The position numbers and the translations under genes are program-made. From a virus, in the IMG/VR virus record IMGVR_UViG_3300029267_001426, positions 1-53,865 of that record: 53,865 bases of DNA; one strand, given 5' to 3'. This document shows, one piece after another, positions 1 through 9,072 of the stretch. The notes under the pieces were generated by a model that was not told where the DNA came from, did no database searches, and worked only from the letters and a program-made list of their open reading frames with translations. Each line of letters begins with the position of its first letter. Position 1 is the stretch's first letter.

Positions 1-144
1 AACAGGATGCCCTGGACCAGCTGGCAGCTGAAACCCATCCCAGCCTGGCAGACCTCGCCCTGGCATCCCTTGACCTGGTCAAGGATGACCTGGCCCAGGT
101 CCCTGTCATCTTTGCTGGCCAAGCCCTGGCCACCTTTTCCAAGC
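1..144. repeat. Terminal direct repeat, copy 1 (exact copy of 53722..53865)
   Basis: Bases 1..144 recur exactly as the last 144 bases of the window, giving a unit length of 53,721 bp. The repeat lies inside an ORF, so it reads as the overlap of a circular or permuted assembly. Confidence 0.95.
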
Positions 145-752
145 GTTTTGACATCCCCACTGACACCATTGATGCCTATGCCATTTCAGACAATGTGGCC
201 AGGCTGACTGTGGACCAGGTCTGGCAATTTGAGGCACGCCGAGACATGGCCAAGATGGACATCCATCTGGAATTCTACATGGCCAGCCATTGCATGATCT
301 GTGGCCAGGTCATGTGGTCCTATGTGGACAGCCTTGAATCCATCGGCTATCACATGGCCAACAGAATCCCCTGTCCCCACTGTGCCAGACCTGACAGCCC
401 CTTTGAACCTAACATCACCCTGATGGACCTGGACCAGCTGGCTGCCCTCGAGAACCTAGCAGCCACAGCAGTGGCCCAGCTGACACTGAGACTGGCCAGG
501 GAACAGCTGGCCCTTGAACAGGTCAATGCTGACATCCTGCTGGCTGCTGACTGGGATGGCAAGAATACGCCACTTTGCAAGGCCCAGGCTGTGGCCATCC
601 TTGCTGAAAGTGAACAGGCCCAACAGGCCCAGGACCAGGTCTGGCTGACAGAATGCGAACTGGACCAGGCCAAGGCTGAACAGGCCCACTATGCCCAGAA
701 AGCCCGGCTATACAGGGCCTATCTGGACAGCATGCCCAGGCCCAGAAACTGA
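3..752 (+). CDS. Hypothetical protein, 3' part of a gene that crosses the window junction (5' part is 53622..53865)
   Basis: Frame 3 is open from base 3 and continues in frame from ATG 53622. The joined product is about 283 aa. It has HCMICGQ...CPHC cysteine pairs and then an Ala/Gln-rich coiled-coil-like tail. Stop is TGA 750..752. Confidence 0.7.
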   Translation, partial: QDALDQLAAETHPSLADLALASLDLVKDDLAQVPVIFAGQALATFSKRFDIPTDTIDAYAISDNVARLTVDQVWQFEARRDMAKMDIHLEFYMASHCMICGQVMWSYVDSLESIGYHMANRIPCPHCARPDSPFEPNITLMDLDQLAALENLAATAVAQLTLRLAREQLALEQVNADILLAADWDGKNTPLCKAQAVAILAESEQAQQAQDQVWLTECELDQAKAEQAHYAQKARLYRAYLDSMPRPRN

Positions 753-813
753 CATCACCCAGGGGCATCAGTCCCCACCCACATTGGGGCACAGCCCCCA
801 AGGAGCAAAACAG

Positions 814-1371
814 ATGAAAGAACAGTGTCCGGTCCCCAAGGAAACCCTGGCCCAAGCCAGGATTGAAATCCCCCCTGGTTCCCCCTATGACCGCAACCGC
901 GCCCAGCTGGTGAACAAAGACATGATCCAGGCCAGCCTGGGCCACATGATTGATGAACCGACCACCAGCCCTGTCTGGTTCGGACCCACACCAGTCTGGT
1001 CAGCAGGCATTCACCCTGGCAGCCAGCCCCATGGAACCTTTCTGGGTTTCCAGATGGCCATATTCAATCTGAACACATTCGGCCATGTCCAGATGGCCGC
1101 CATTCAGGCCAATGAAATCTTTGACTGGTCCCAATGGCCTGCCCGGCGTGCCACCTTTGCAGCCCAGCTGGTGTCCAGCTGCCAGACTGCCATTGACCTG
1201 AAAAAGGCCATGCTGACAGACCTGACCAGCCAGCCGCCCAAGACTGTGACCAAACGTTACAAGGAAAGGGTCCAGGCAGCTGAACAGTCTGTCCAGCAGG
1301 CTGAACATAACCTGGCCACCATGCTGGATGTGATGGGGATGTCCCCAGACAAGGATGAATCTGATGACTGA
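814..1371 (+). CDS. Hypothetical protein (185 aa)
   Basis: ATG 814 is preceded by AAGGAG with a 7-nt spacer. The upstream part of track ORF 691..1371 has no RBS and overlaps the previous gene. Confidence 0.65.
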   Translation: MKEQCPVPKETLAQARIEIPPGSPYDRNRAQLVNKDMIQASLGHMIDEPTTSPVWFGPTPVWSAGIHPGSQPHGTFLGFQMAIFNLNTFGHVQMAAIQANEIFDWSQWPARRATFAAQLVSSCQTAIDLKKAMLTDLTSQPPKTVTKRYKERVQAAEQSVQQAEHNLATMLDVMGMSPDKDESDD

Positions 1372-2695
1372 GAAAGCCCAAGACCAGGCCCCTGTGGCCT
1401 TAGTTCAAGTCCAGACCATCTGGGCAGCTGGCAAGGAATTCCCTGACATGGATGCTGCCCTGAGACATCAAGACCAGATGCTGGTGGCCCCCTTTCTGTC
1501 CTACTATGTGAAATGGCGAGCCATGCGGGTTTCCAGGGACAAGAAAAGGGCCTTGGCTGCTGCCTACATTGACAGCCGGGCTGTGATGGACAGGCTTGAT
1601 TATGTGTTCGGGAAAAGGGGCTGGTCCCCCCATTACACTGTGACCCCAAAGGGCCTGATGTGTGACCTGACTGTGACCTGGGCAGATGGCACAGTCACCA
1701 CAAAGTCAGCCCTGGGCCATGCCGGTGGGGGCATTGACATTGGGGAAAAGGGTGATGAATCTGATGCCCTGAAAAGGGCTGCTGTGGTCTATGGTGTGGG
1801 GCGCTATCTTTACAGAATGCCCAGCCCCTGGGTGGACTATGATGACCGAGCCAAGCGGCTGACCAGGCTGCCCCCCTTGCCTGACTGGGCTGACCCCAAA
1901 GGGGACCCCACAGCTGATGGCGCGCCCCCTGTGGGTTATGCCCCAGAACCTGAACCTGACACCACAGAGGCCCCCAAGCCAGAACCCCAGACCAGGCAGC
2001 CTGCCAGGCAGACCAGGCAGCCCAGAACCCCTGGGGAAAGCCAGCCGGCTGCTGGCCAGGAAATCCTGACTGCTGGGTCCAAGACAGGGGAACCCCTGGC
2101 CACACCCATCCAGGACCTGGCCATCTGCAAGGTCACTGATGAAAGACCACTGCCTGGCAATTGGAAACTTTTCTACGAAATGGCCCTGGGTGGCAAGTAT
2201 GGTGAATATGCTGCCCAGCCCCATGTGGTCAATGCAGTCAGGCAGTATTTCCCTGGGTTCAACCGGCGTGGCAAGAACAGGCAGAATGTCAGCATTCACC
2301 AGGCATGGTCTGTGATCCTGTTCAGGACCTTGACTGAAACCCAGCAGGCCACTGTCATGGCATCTGCCAGCCAGTCCATCCAGAAAGGTGTCCCCCAGGA
2401 ACCTGAACAGGATGACCTGGATGAAACCAAGGGCAAGCCTGAACAGCAGGCCAAGGCTGGTGGGGATGCCCACTGGGCTGACCAGGAACACCCAGACAAT
2501 CAGCTGGTCAGCTGGTTCCAAGTCTTGGGCCTGATGGACCTGTCCCCAGCTGTGGCTGTCCATGACGGTCTGGGGACAGCCACCCTGCTGGACTATTCTG
2601 GGACCTTTGACCAGGCCATCACTGCCTTGATGGAAAAATGGCCTGAAAAGGCCAAGGCAATGGAAAAGAAACTGGCTGCCCAGTCCCAGAACTAG
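1364..2695 (+). CDS. Rad52/Rad22-family single-strand annealing protein
   Basis: Contains AYIDSRAVMDRLDYVFG...SDALKRAAVVYGVGRYLY, the signature of Rad52-like phage annealases, followed by a Pro/Gln-rich low-complexity tail. The start is ATGACTGA, overlapping the upstream stop. An alternative ATG is at 1355. Confidence 0.8.
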   Translation: MTEKAQDQAPVALVQVQTIWAAGKEFPDMDAALRHQDQMLVAPFLSYYVKWRAMRVSRDKKRALAAAYIDSRAVMDRLDYVFGKRGWSPHYTVTPKGLMCDLTVTWADGTVTTKSALGHAGGGIDIGEKGDESDALKRAAVVYGVGRYLYRMPSPWVDYDDRAKRLTRLPPLPDWADPKGDPTADGAPPVGYAPEPEPDTTEAPKPEPQTRQPARQTRQPRTPGESQPAAGQEILTAGSKTGEPLATPIQDLAICKVTDERPLPGNWKLFYEMALGGKYGEYAAQPHVVNAVRQYFPGFNRRGKNRQNVSIHQAWSVILFRTLTETQQATVMASASQSIQKGVPQEPEQDDLDETKGKPEQQAKAGGDAHWADQEHPDNQLVSWFQVLGLMDLSPAVAVHDGLGTATLLDYSGTFDQAITALMEKWPEKAKAMEKKLAAQSQN

Positions 2696-2719
2696 GGCAG
2701 ACAAGCTGAGAAAGAACAG

Positions 2720-2758
2720 CCGCCATCCCCCTGGGCACAGCCTGGGCAGGGATGGCGG
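2720..2758 (+). terminator. Stem-loop after the annealase gene (10-bp arms ccgccatccc / gggatggcgg)
   Basis: A perfect 10-bp inverted repeat with a 19-nt loop lies 25 nt after the stop. There is no U-tract, so terminator function is uncertain. Confidence 0.4.
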
Positions 2759-2800
2759 TAGAGCGAGCAGCCCCACTGGGGCAGAAAGGTCAGGATCAAG

Positions 2801-3706
2801 ATGTTTGTGGCTTTTGATATTGAAATCACTGCTGGGGTCCATGGGCCAGACTGGTCCATTTTTCGCCCCTATGGCATCAGCTGTGCTGCCACCAAAGTGG
2901 ACGATGAACCAGTCAAGGTCTGGCATGGGGATGGGGACAAGCTGACCCTGCCTGGAATCACCCATCCAGAAAGGATGACCCCAGGCCAAGTGGCTGAACT
3001 GGCCAGCTATCTGCTGAGCATGACCCACTGTGGTCACAGGGTGGTCACTTGGAATGGCTTGGGCTTTGATTTTGACGTCTTGGCCGAGGAAAGCCGGAAC
3101 CCCAAGCTGGCCAGGGAAATCTGTGAACTGGCCCTGAACCACATAGACCTGGGGTTCCTGATGCGCTGTCAGCTGGGGTTCATGGCCAAGCTGGTCAAGG
3201 TGGCCCAGGGCCTAGATGTGGGCAACAAGACCGAGGGCATGCATGGTGGCCTGGCCCCTGTGCTGTGGACTGGAAACTGGCCAGACATCCAGGATGAACA
3301 GGACCTGGCCGAGCTCCGCGCCCAGGTCCAGGCATTGGCCCTGGCCCAGGGGGCTGGGTTCATGCCAGGCAATAGGATGGCCCAGGACCTGGTCTGTGAA
3401 TATGTGGGCCAGGATGTGATCCTAACCATGGATGTGTGCCAGGCCCTGATTCAAAGACGATCGGTTAACTGGATCACTGGCAAGGGGACCCCATCACAAA
3501 GACCCTGGCGCCCGACCATGGCCAAGACAGGCATGGGTCCCAGACCACTGCTGGCCAGGGAATGTCTGGCCAAGGTCCAGGAACCAAACACCAGCTGGAT
3601 GACAAACGCACCCAAGCCCAGGGAATCCTATTATGAATGGATGAAACCCCATCTGGGGACCTATAACCTGGCCATGGCCCTGACTGGCCAGCCCCTGGCA
3701 GACTAG
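2801..3706 (+). CDS. DnaQ-like DEDDy 3'-5' exonuclease
   Basis: Exo I is FDIE, Exo II is WNGLGFDFDVL and Exo III is EYVGQDV (YxxxD), in canonical order. RBS is AGAAAGG upstream of the ATG. Confidence 0.7.
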   Translation: MFVAFDIEITAGVHGPDWSIFRPYGISCAATKVDDEPVKVWHGDGDKLTLPGITHPERMTPGQVAELASYLLSMTHCGHRVVTWNGLGFDFDVLAEESRNPKLAREICELALNHIDLGFLMRCQLGFMAKLVKVAQGLDVGNKTEGMHGGLAPVLWTGNWPDIQDEQDLAELRAQVQALALAQGAGFMPGNRMAQDLVCEYVGQDVILTMDVCQALIQRRSVNWITGKGTPSQRPWRPTMAKTGMGPRPLLARECLAKVQEPNTSWMTNAPKPRESYYEWMKPHLGTYNLAMALTGQPLAD

Positions 3707-3721
3707 CAGAAAGGGAACCCG

Positions 3722-4630
3722 ATGACAAGCATGACCATGGCAATCAAGCCATACTGGAAACCAGAACCCAAGGCCCCAGACAAAGACTGGCTGGCCCCAC
3801 TGCTGAAAAAGTCCCTGTGGGTATCAGGCACAGGCTGGGCCATCTATGGGGTCTTTGCCTTTGCCTTTCAGGACATTGATGTCATCCCTGGCTGGCTACA
3901 GTCAGCCCTGGTGATCTTGGGGTCTGCCCTGATTGTCATCGGCGCTGAAATGAACACTGCCCCCACCAGTGTGGCTGTGTTCAGGAAACTTGGGGCAGGA
4001 AAGGCCCACTGGCTGGATGTGGCTGCCCTGCTGCTGTCCTTTGTGGGGTCCATCTTTTCTGCCCTGCTGACATTCTCAGCCAGACAGACACTGCTGGGGG
4101 AACAGGGCTGGCGCGCGTGGATGCTGGCCAAGGGTCCCATCTTTGCTGGTGTGGCCACAGCTGCTGACTATTATGCTGCCACAGCTGAACTGGGCCTGTT
4201 ATCTGCTGACTATGAAAGGGACATGGAAACCTGGCTGGCAGGGAAAGCAGAATGGGAACAGGCCCAGCTGCCCCAGCTGCCTGCCCATGTCGACGATGAC
4301 CAAGCCTGGCAGCCCAGGACAGCCCCCTTGGCCCTGCTGGCAAGCATCCTGGGGATTGAACTGACTGATGAAATGATGGACGCCTTGTCAGCTGCTGACC
4401 CATCAGTCCAGGACTATGCTGAACTCGAGGTGGACCCCAGCTGGCCCACAGGGGACCTGGATGACCTGAAAGTCATCATTGGCAGGCTGAATGGCCAAGG
4501 GGCCACCATCACCAGGGGGCAGCTTGAACAGGAATTCATCAAGATGGAAAGGCAGCCCCCCAGCCTTTCCACCATGAAACGATATGTGAAAAGGGTCCAC
4601 AAGGCCAGCAGGGATGCTGCCCATGTCTGA
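3722..4630 (+). CDS. Multi-pass membrane protein, unknown function
   Basis: RBS AGAAAGGGA lies 5 nt before the ATG. There are at least four hydrophobic segments in the N-terminal 150 aa and an acidic C-terminal half. Confidence 0.7.
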   Translation: MTSMTMAIKPYWKPEPKAPDKDWLAPLLKKSLWVSGTGWAIYGVFAFAFQDIDVIPGWLQSALVILGSALIVIGAEMNTAPTSVAVFRKLGAGKAHWLDVAALLLSFVGSIFSALLTFSARQTLLGEQGWRAWMLAKGPIFAGVATAADYYAATAELGLLSADYERDMETWLAGKAEWEQAQLPQLPAHVDDDQAWQPRTAPLALLASILGIELTDEMMDALSAADPSVQDYAELEVDPSWPTGDLDDLKVIIGRLNGQGATITRGQLEQEFIKMERQPPSLSTMKRYVKRVHKASRDAAHV

Positions 4631-5000
4631 CCAGCCAGAAAGACTGCTGAGACTGCCCGAGCCCAGGCCCCCAACGCCCACCAGCTATCTGGGTGGGTCT
4701 GGGCCTGACACTGACACTGGCTGTGACCTCTTGGGCCAGGCTGCCCTGATTGTCTTGGCCATCTGTGTCCTGGCTGTGGTAGGAATGACCCTGGCCACTG
4801 AAATCAGGGACAGGGTGGCCTGGTCCACTTGCCAGGCTGCTGGCTTTGACGATGTCTGGGTCAGCAGACAGGCATGGTGTGTCCAGGCTGACCCATTCAT
4901 CCTGGTCCCCATTGACCAGGTCATTGGGCAAGTGGATGGGCTGAACCCAGGCTGGATGCCTGGCAGACAGCCAGAAAGGAATGGTGATCAAGATGCCTGA
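4623..5000 (+). CDS. Small membrane protein (125 aa)
   Basis: The start is ATGTCTGA, overlapping the upstream stop. There is one hydrophobic helix (AALIVLAICVLAVVGMTLA). Confidence 0.6.
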   Translation: MSDQPERLLRLPEPRPPTPTSYLGGSGPDTDTGCDLLGQAALIVLAICVLAVVGMTLATEIRDRVAWSTCQAAGFDDVWVSRQAWCVQADPFILVPIDQVIGQVDGLNPGWMPGRQPERNGDQDA

Positions 5001-5424
5001 AACACCAGACACAGTCATCACTGGTGGGGGCAGAGGTTCAGGGGTCAGGGAATTGATATTCCGTGGCGAAAGGACGAACCCGAAAGCTGTCATGGCCCAG
5101 ACTGGGGCCTTTGCCCTGGCTGGGGCCTTGATGACCTGGCTGATAGTGGCCATCATAATGGTCTGGGTCCCCAGGCCCTGGGCCTGGCTGGGTGACCACT
5201 GGCGATGGCCAGTCACCATCAGCCTGGTCAGTGGGGTCATAGGGGCAGCCATCCTGGGCCATGTCATGTTCATTGAAAGCTATGATCCCATGCATCCAGG
5301 GGCCAGACAGCCACTGAACACATCCAAGCCAGTTTTCCCCTGGACCAAAGAAAAGGCGCGCTGGCCTGAAATGCCAGCAGCAGAAAGGCTGCCAGATGTG
5401 GAATCTTATGATCTGGATTCTTAG
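4993..5424 (+). CDS. Small membrane protein (143 aa)
   Basis: The start is ATGCCTGA, overlapping the upstream stop, with AGAAAGGA 12 nt upstream. There are two hydrophobic helices. Confidence 0.6.
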   Translation: MPETPDTVITGGGRGSGVRELIFRGERTNPKAVMAQTGAFALAGALMTWLIVAIIMVWVPRPWAWLGDHWRWPVTISLVSGVIGAAILGHVMFIESYDPMHPGARQPLNTSKPVFPWTKEKARWPEMPAAERLPDVESYDLDS

Positions 5425-6763
5425 GGTCATCCTTGTGGGCCTTGGCCTGGCAGCCTTGACCTGGCTGGGGTCCATGGCCTGGGATGTGATCTTTCTCAGA
5501 ATGCGCCGCTGGCAGATTCACCAGGTCAAGCTGGGGGCCTTAAGGCACAAGGCTGCCATGGCAGCATTCAAACAGCTGGCCACTGACCCCAATGGGCGTG
5601 GTGGCTGGGTCTTGACGTCCACTGGGGACATCTTGCATGACCTGGACAGCCCAGCTGAAAGAATCCTGCTGGCAGCCAGCAGGGCCAGCAGGGCCACCCA
5701 GGCCCAGGTCCTGAACCAAGACCCTGAACTGGTGGACCCTGACCCTGTGCCCCAGCTGCCAGAATACTTGCCATCAGACAAGGTCATCAGGGGCCAGCAG
5801 CTGACCTATAGGTCCCTGATTCTGGGCCAAGGCCCTGATGGCCTGGTCCAGGCTGGGATGGACAAGCTGGTCCACTTGGCTGTGGGTGGGTCCAGTGGCT
5901 GGGGGAAATCAATGATGCTCCGCTGGGTGGCCTATCAGCTGGCCAAGTCTGTGGACATGGTTCAGCTGGCCCTGGTGGACCTTGAGGGTGTCACCCTGGC
6001 CCCCTTTGAAACCTGTGCAAGGACCCTGTGGCCAGTGGCTGAAAGTGGGGCTGGGGCCTTGAGGCTGGCCCAGGCCCTGACTGATGAACTGGACCACAGG
6101 AAAGACCTTTTTACCCAGTTCAGGGACCAAGGTGTTGACAGCCTGGCTGCCTATAACAGCCTGGCTGACCAGCCCTTGTCCCCAATTGTGCTGATCGCCG
6201 ATGAAATGTCAGCCCTGTTGGAGGATGCCAAGGTTGTGGATGCTTTCAGGCCCTTGATCTTTAGGTCCAGGAAATATGGAATCTGGAATGTCTGGGGCGG
6301 CCAAGACTGGAAAGCTGGCACGATGCCCACAGCAGTCAGGAACCAATTCAGCAGCCGCATGCACTTTCATGCCATGTCCAGCAGCCAGTCCAGGGTCTTG
6401 CTGGGAATGCCTGGGGCTGAACACTTGACCACAGCTGGCAGGGCCTTGGCTGTTCTGCCCGGGCGGCCGCCGATTGAATTTCAGGCCCCCATCTTGGGTG
6501 ACAATGACATCAGGTCCATCATAGGAAATGGCCCAGTCAATGACTGGCCAGACTGGCATCCCCCTGGGGGCTGGGACAATGCTGCTGATGAATGGGATGC
6601 TGAACAGGCCACCCTATATGACCAGGTCAAGGATGCCCTGGCTGCTGGGGCTGACAACCCCACTGCCATCTGTAGACATCTTAAGATGTCAGCTGGTGGT
6701 CAGAACTGGTATAAAATCAAAGACATCCTGGCCACCATCCAGGAAATGGAACCCAGGGCCTAG
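5396..6763 (+). CDS. FtsK/SpoIIIE-family DNA translocase-like ATPase, membrane anchored
   Basis: N-terminal TM helix, Walker A GGSSGWGKS, Walker B IVLIADE, and RKYGIWNVWGGQ. A C-terminal segment (LYDQVKDALAAGADNPTAICRHLKMS...) looks like a winged helix. RBS is AGAAAGG. Confidence 0.8.
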   Translation: MWNLMIWILRVILVGLGLAALTWLGSMAWDVIFLRMRRWQIHQVKLGALRHKAAMAAFKQLATDPNGRGGWVLTSTGDILHDLDSPAERILLAASRASRATQAQVLNQDPELVDPDPVPQLPEYLPSDKVIRGQQLTYRSLILGQGPDGLVQAGMDKLVHLAVGGSSGWGKSMMLRWVAYQLAKSVDMVQLALVDLEGVTLAPFETCARTLWPVAESGAGALRLAQALTDELDHRKDLFTQFRDQGVDSLAAYNSLADQPLSPIVLIADEMSALLEDAKVVDAFRPLIFRSRKYGIWNVWGGQDWKAGTMPTAVRNQFSSRMHFHAMSSSQSRVLLGMPGAEHLTTAGRALAVLPGRPPIEFQAPILGDNDIRSIIGNGPVNDWPDWHPPGGWDNAADEWDAEQATLYDQVKDALAAGADNPTAICRHLKMSAGGQNWYKIKDILATIQEMEPRA

Positions 6764-6767
6764 TCTA

Positions 6768-6828
6768 CTACTCCTTACCCTGGCCCCTTACAGGGCAGGA
6801 ACAGGCCCCTGGGGCCTGTAAGGAGTAG
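6768..6828 (+). terminator. Compound stem-loop after the FtsK-like gene
   Basis: 11-bp arms ctactccttac / gtaaggagtag enclose an inner palindrome caggcccc-t-ggggcctg. There is no U-tract. The CCGACCAAG motif and the next RBS follow immediately. Confidence 0.4.
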
Positions 6829-6857
6829 ACCGACCAAGACAGAAAGGGAAACCAAAG

Positions 6858-7331
6858 ATGAAAAAGACCAAGAACATGACCCTGCTGCTGGCAATTCTGA
6901 TGGCTGTCCTTGTGGGGGGCTGTGTCCCGACTCAGCCCAAGCCAAGTGAATTGGCCATGGCAAGCATAGTGGCCCAGCAAGAAATGGCCAAGGCCCAACA
7001 GGCCCAGGCCGAGACAGACCAGGCAGCCTTTGACCTTTTGACCTTTGTGGCTGCCCAACAGAATGAACTGGCTATGGAAATCGCCCAGACCAATTCCTAT
7101 GTCACCAAAGAAACCACTGATGCCTTGCTGGCCCTGGCACTCGAGGAACACCAGGCCAGGGTGGAATGGCGTGAATACTGGCAGACCATTGGCTATGTTA
7201 TCCTGGCCATCACATTCATCACCCTGTTCATCTTGCTACTGATAACATGTGAGGACCCAGGCTGGCTGCCCCGGCGTCTGGGCAAAAGGACAGTCACTTA
7301 CAGGGTCAGGGGGCAAGATGACCCCAGCTGA
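6858..7331 (+). CDS. Lipoprotein with C-terminal TM helix
   Basis: The signal peptide ends in the lipobox LVGGC. RBS is AGAAAGGGA. The middle is coiled-coil-like and the C terminus has the hydrophobic segment IGYVILAITFITLFILLLI. Confidence 0.75.
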   Translation: MKKTKNMTLLLAILMAVLVGGCVPTQPKPSELAMASIVAQQEMAKAQQAQAETDQAAFDLLTFVAAQQNELAMEIAQTNSYVTKETTDALLALALEEHQARVEWREYWQTIGYVILAITFITLFILLLITCEDPGWLPRRLGKRTVTYRVRGQDDPS

Positions 7332-7620
7332 ACAGGAAATCCAGGCTGCCCAGGCCAGGGCAAAAAAGGCCCTGGTCAGGCCCCTGGGCATTGACCCTGA
7401 TGCCAAGAATCCCAGGCTGCTGGACATCAAGCCTGACCCTGACAAGGTCCTGGCTGAGATTCACACCGACCTGTGGTCAAGTCTGTGGTCAGCCTGTGGC
7501 AGAAATCCTGACCTGGTCAAACAGGTCATGGCTGCCCTGGCTGACCCTGATGTGGTCCACATCACAGTCACTGCTGAAAGGGCTGACATCATGATTGAAC
7601 AGGATGTGGACCATGTCTGA
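7318..7620 (+). CDS. Hypothetical protein (100 aa)
   Basis: This is the first ATG that clears most of the upstream gene, overlapping it by 14 nt. The upstream part of track ORF 7249..7620 lies inside the lipoprotein gene. Confidence 0.55.
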   Translation: MTPAEQEIQAAQARAKKALVRPLGIDPDAKNPRLLDIKPDPDKVLAEIHTDLWSSLWSACGRNPDLVKQVMAALADPDVVHITVTAERADIMIEQDVDHV

Positions 7621-8428
7621 AACAAGCAGACCATTCAGGGTTCTGGCCTGGGGCTGTGGGGTTCAGTCCACCCTATTGGGTGAACTGTCAGCCAGGGGCA
7701 TCATTGAAAAGGTGGACCTGATTCTGTCTGCTGACCCTGGCTGGGAAAGGGCCATCACCTATCAGATGCGCGACTGGTATGCTGCCCGATGGGAAAAGAT
7801 GGGCATGAAAGTGGTCATAATGCCCAAGGATGACATCAAGGGCAAGGGGGCACGGGACCATATTCATATACCTTTCTGGACCAGCACAGGGGGACCACTT
7901 ACCAGGCAATGCACAAGGGCTTTTAAGATTCGCCCCATGCGTCGATGGCTCAGAACCCATCTGGGCTTTCCCCCTGACAGGCCCCCACATCCCCCAGCTG
8001 GGGCCATTGAACAGTGGATGGGCATCACCACAGATGAATGGACCAGGGCCAAGCCATCCAATGTTCAATATGTGATCCACAGATGGCCCCTACTAGAACA
8101 AAGAATGTCCAGGGCTGACTGTGAACAGACATTCATCAGCCTGGGGCTGCCTGTGCCCATCAAGTCTGCCTGTGTCTGCTGCCCCTACCGCAGACCCACA
8201 GAATGGCTGGACATGATTGACACAGCCCCAGATGAATGGGCTGATGCTGTGGCCTTTGACCAGGCCAACAGAAAAAACCCACTGGACAGCAAAGCTGATG
8301 AACTGTTCATCTATAGGGGGGACCAGGTCCCCCTGGACCAGGCAGACCTTGATCATGATGCCAGCCGAGAACGCAGGCTGGGCAGGGTCCACATGTTTGC
8401 CTGTGAATCTGGCTTGTGTGGAGTGTGA
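7613..8428 (+). CDS. PAPS reductase-like (PP-loop superfamily) protein
   Basis: The N-terminal AWGCGVQST sits at the PP-loop position, followed by ADPGWE, then WMGITTDEW and the C-terminal PLLE...GLPVP..SACVCCPY, as is typical of phage PAPS-reductase family proteins. The start is ATGTCTGA, overlapping the upstream stop. Confidence 0.7.
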   Translation: MSETSRPFRVLAWGCGVQSTLLGELSARGIIEKVDLILSADPGWERAITYQMRDWYAARWEKMGMKVVIMPKDDIKGKGARDHIHIPFWTSTGGPLTRQCTRAFKIRPMRRWLRTHLGFPPDRPPHPPAGAIEQWMGITTDEWTRAKPSNVQYVIHRWPLLEQRMSRADCEQTFISLGLPVPIKSACVCCPYRRPTEWLDMIDTAPDEWADAVAFDQANRKNPLDSKADELFIYRGDQVPLDQADLDHDASRERRLGRVHMFACESGLCGV

Positions 8429-8430
8429 AC

Positions 8431-9072
8431 ATGAACTGGCCACCAGGGACCATATTCAAAACAGCCTTGGGCATCACTGTGGGTGACCAGGTCAGCACAG
8501 AATATGACTCTGGCCCCTACCGGGTCAGGTTCATCAATGGGCCAGTCTACTGGCAGGAAATCAATGACATAATCATCAGGACCTGGCCAGTGGTTCATCT
8601 GGCCTGCTGTTCCCTTGAATCTGTGGAGGTGTGCGCCTATCTGGGGGCCATCAGGCAAGCTGAGAATGGCCACTGGTATGCTGATGGTGGGGATGAAATC
8701 TTTGTGACCCCAGACCCTGACCACCATCCCCAGCTGGTGGACATGTTTGATTCCTATCCTGTGGCCGAGCCATACCAGTTCAAGGATGGTGTGGACTATA
8801 CCAGGGTCAGGGGCTGCTGGCATTGCCGCCGCTGTGGGGATTTCAATGCCCCTGAACAGCATCCCAGATGTAATGTGGTCAGCTGCCCGACCTGTGGCCA
8901 GTCATCCCAGCTGGTGATCCTGATGCCCCCCAGGGTCATTGGGACCTGGCAGCATAATGCCTACTACTATGAAACCAATTATGGCAAGGTCTGGCCAGGC
9001 CATGTCACCTATGGCCAGGCCCTGCCTGAAATACACAATTTCCGCAAGGACAAGCCCTGGGGGCCAGTGTGA
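8431..9072 (+). CDS. Hypothetical protein with Zn-ribbon (CWHCRRC...CPTC)
   Basis: GGAG lies 7 nt upstream of ATG 8431, just after the upstream stop. Confidence 0.6.
   Translation: MNWPPGTIFKTALGITVGDQVSTEYDSGPYRVRFINGPVYWQEINDIIIRTWPVVHLACCSLESVEVCAYLGAIRQAENGHWYADGGDEIFVTPDPDHHPQLVDMFDSYPVAEPYQFKDGVDYTRVRGCWHCRRCGDFNAPEQHPRCNVVSCPTCGQSSQLVILMPPRVIGTWQHNAYYYETNYGKVWPGHVTYGQALPEIHNFRKDKPWGPV

Noticed and set aside
1706-3142. 478-aa minus-strand ORF antisense to the Rad52-like and exonuclease genes
   Set aside because: It has low-complexity Gly/Pro/Gln-rich content, no RBS and no recognisable motif. It overlaps two motif-supported plus-strand genes. It is explained by the scarcity of TAA/TAG/TTA/CTA in a TpA-depleted genome.
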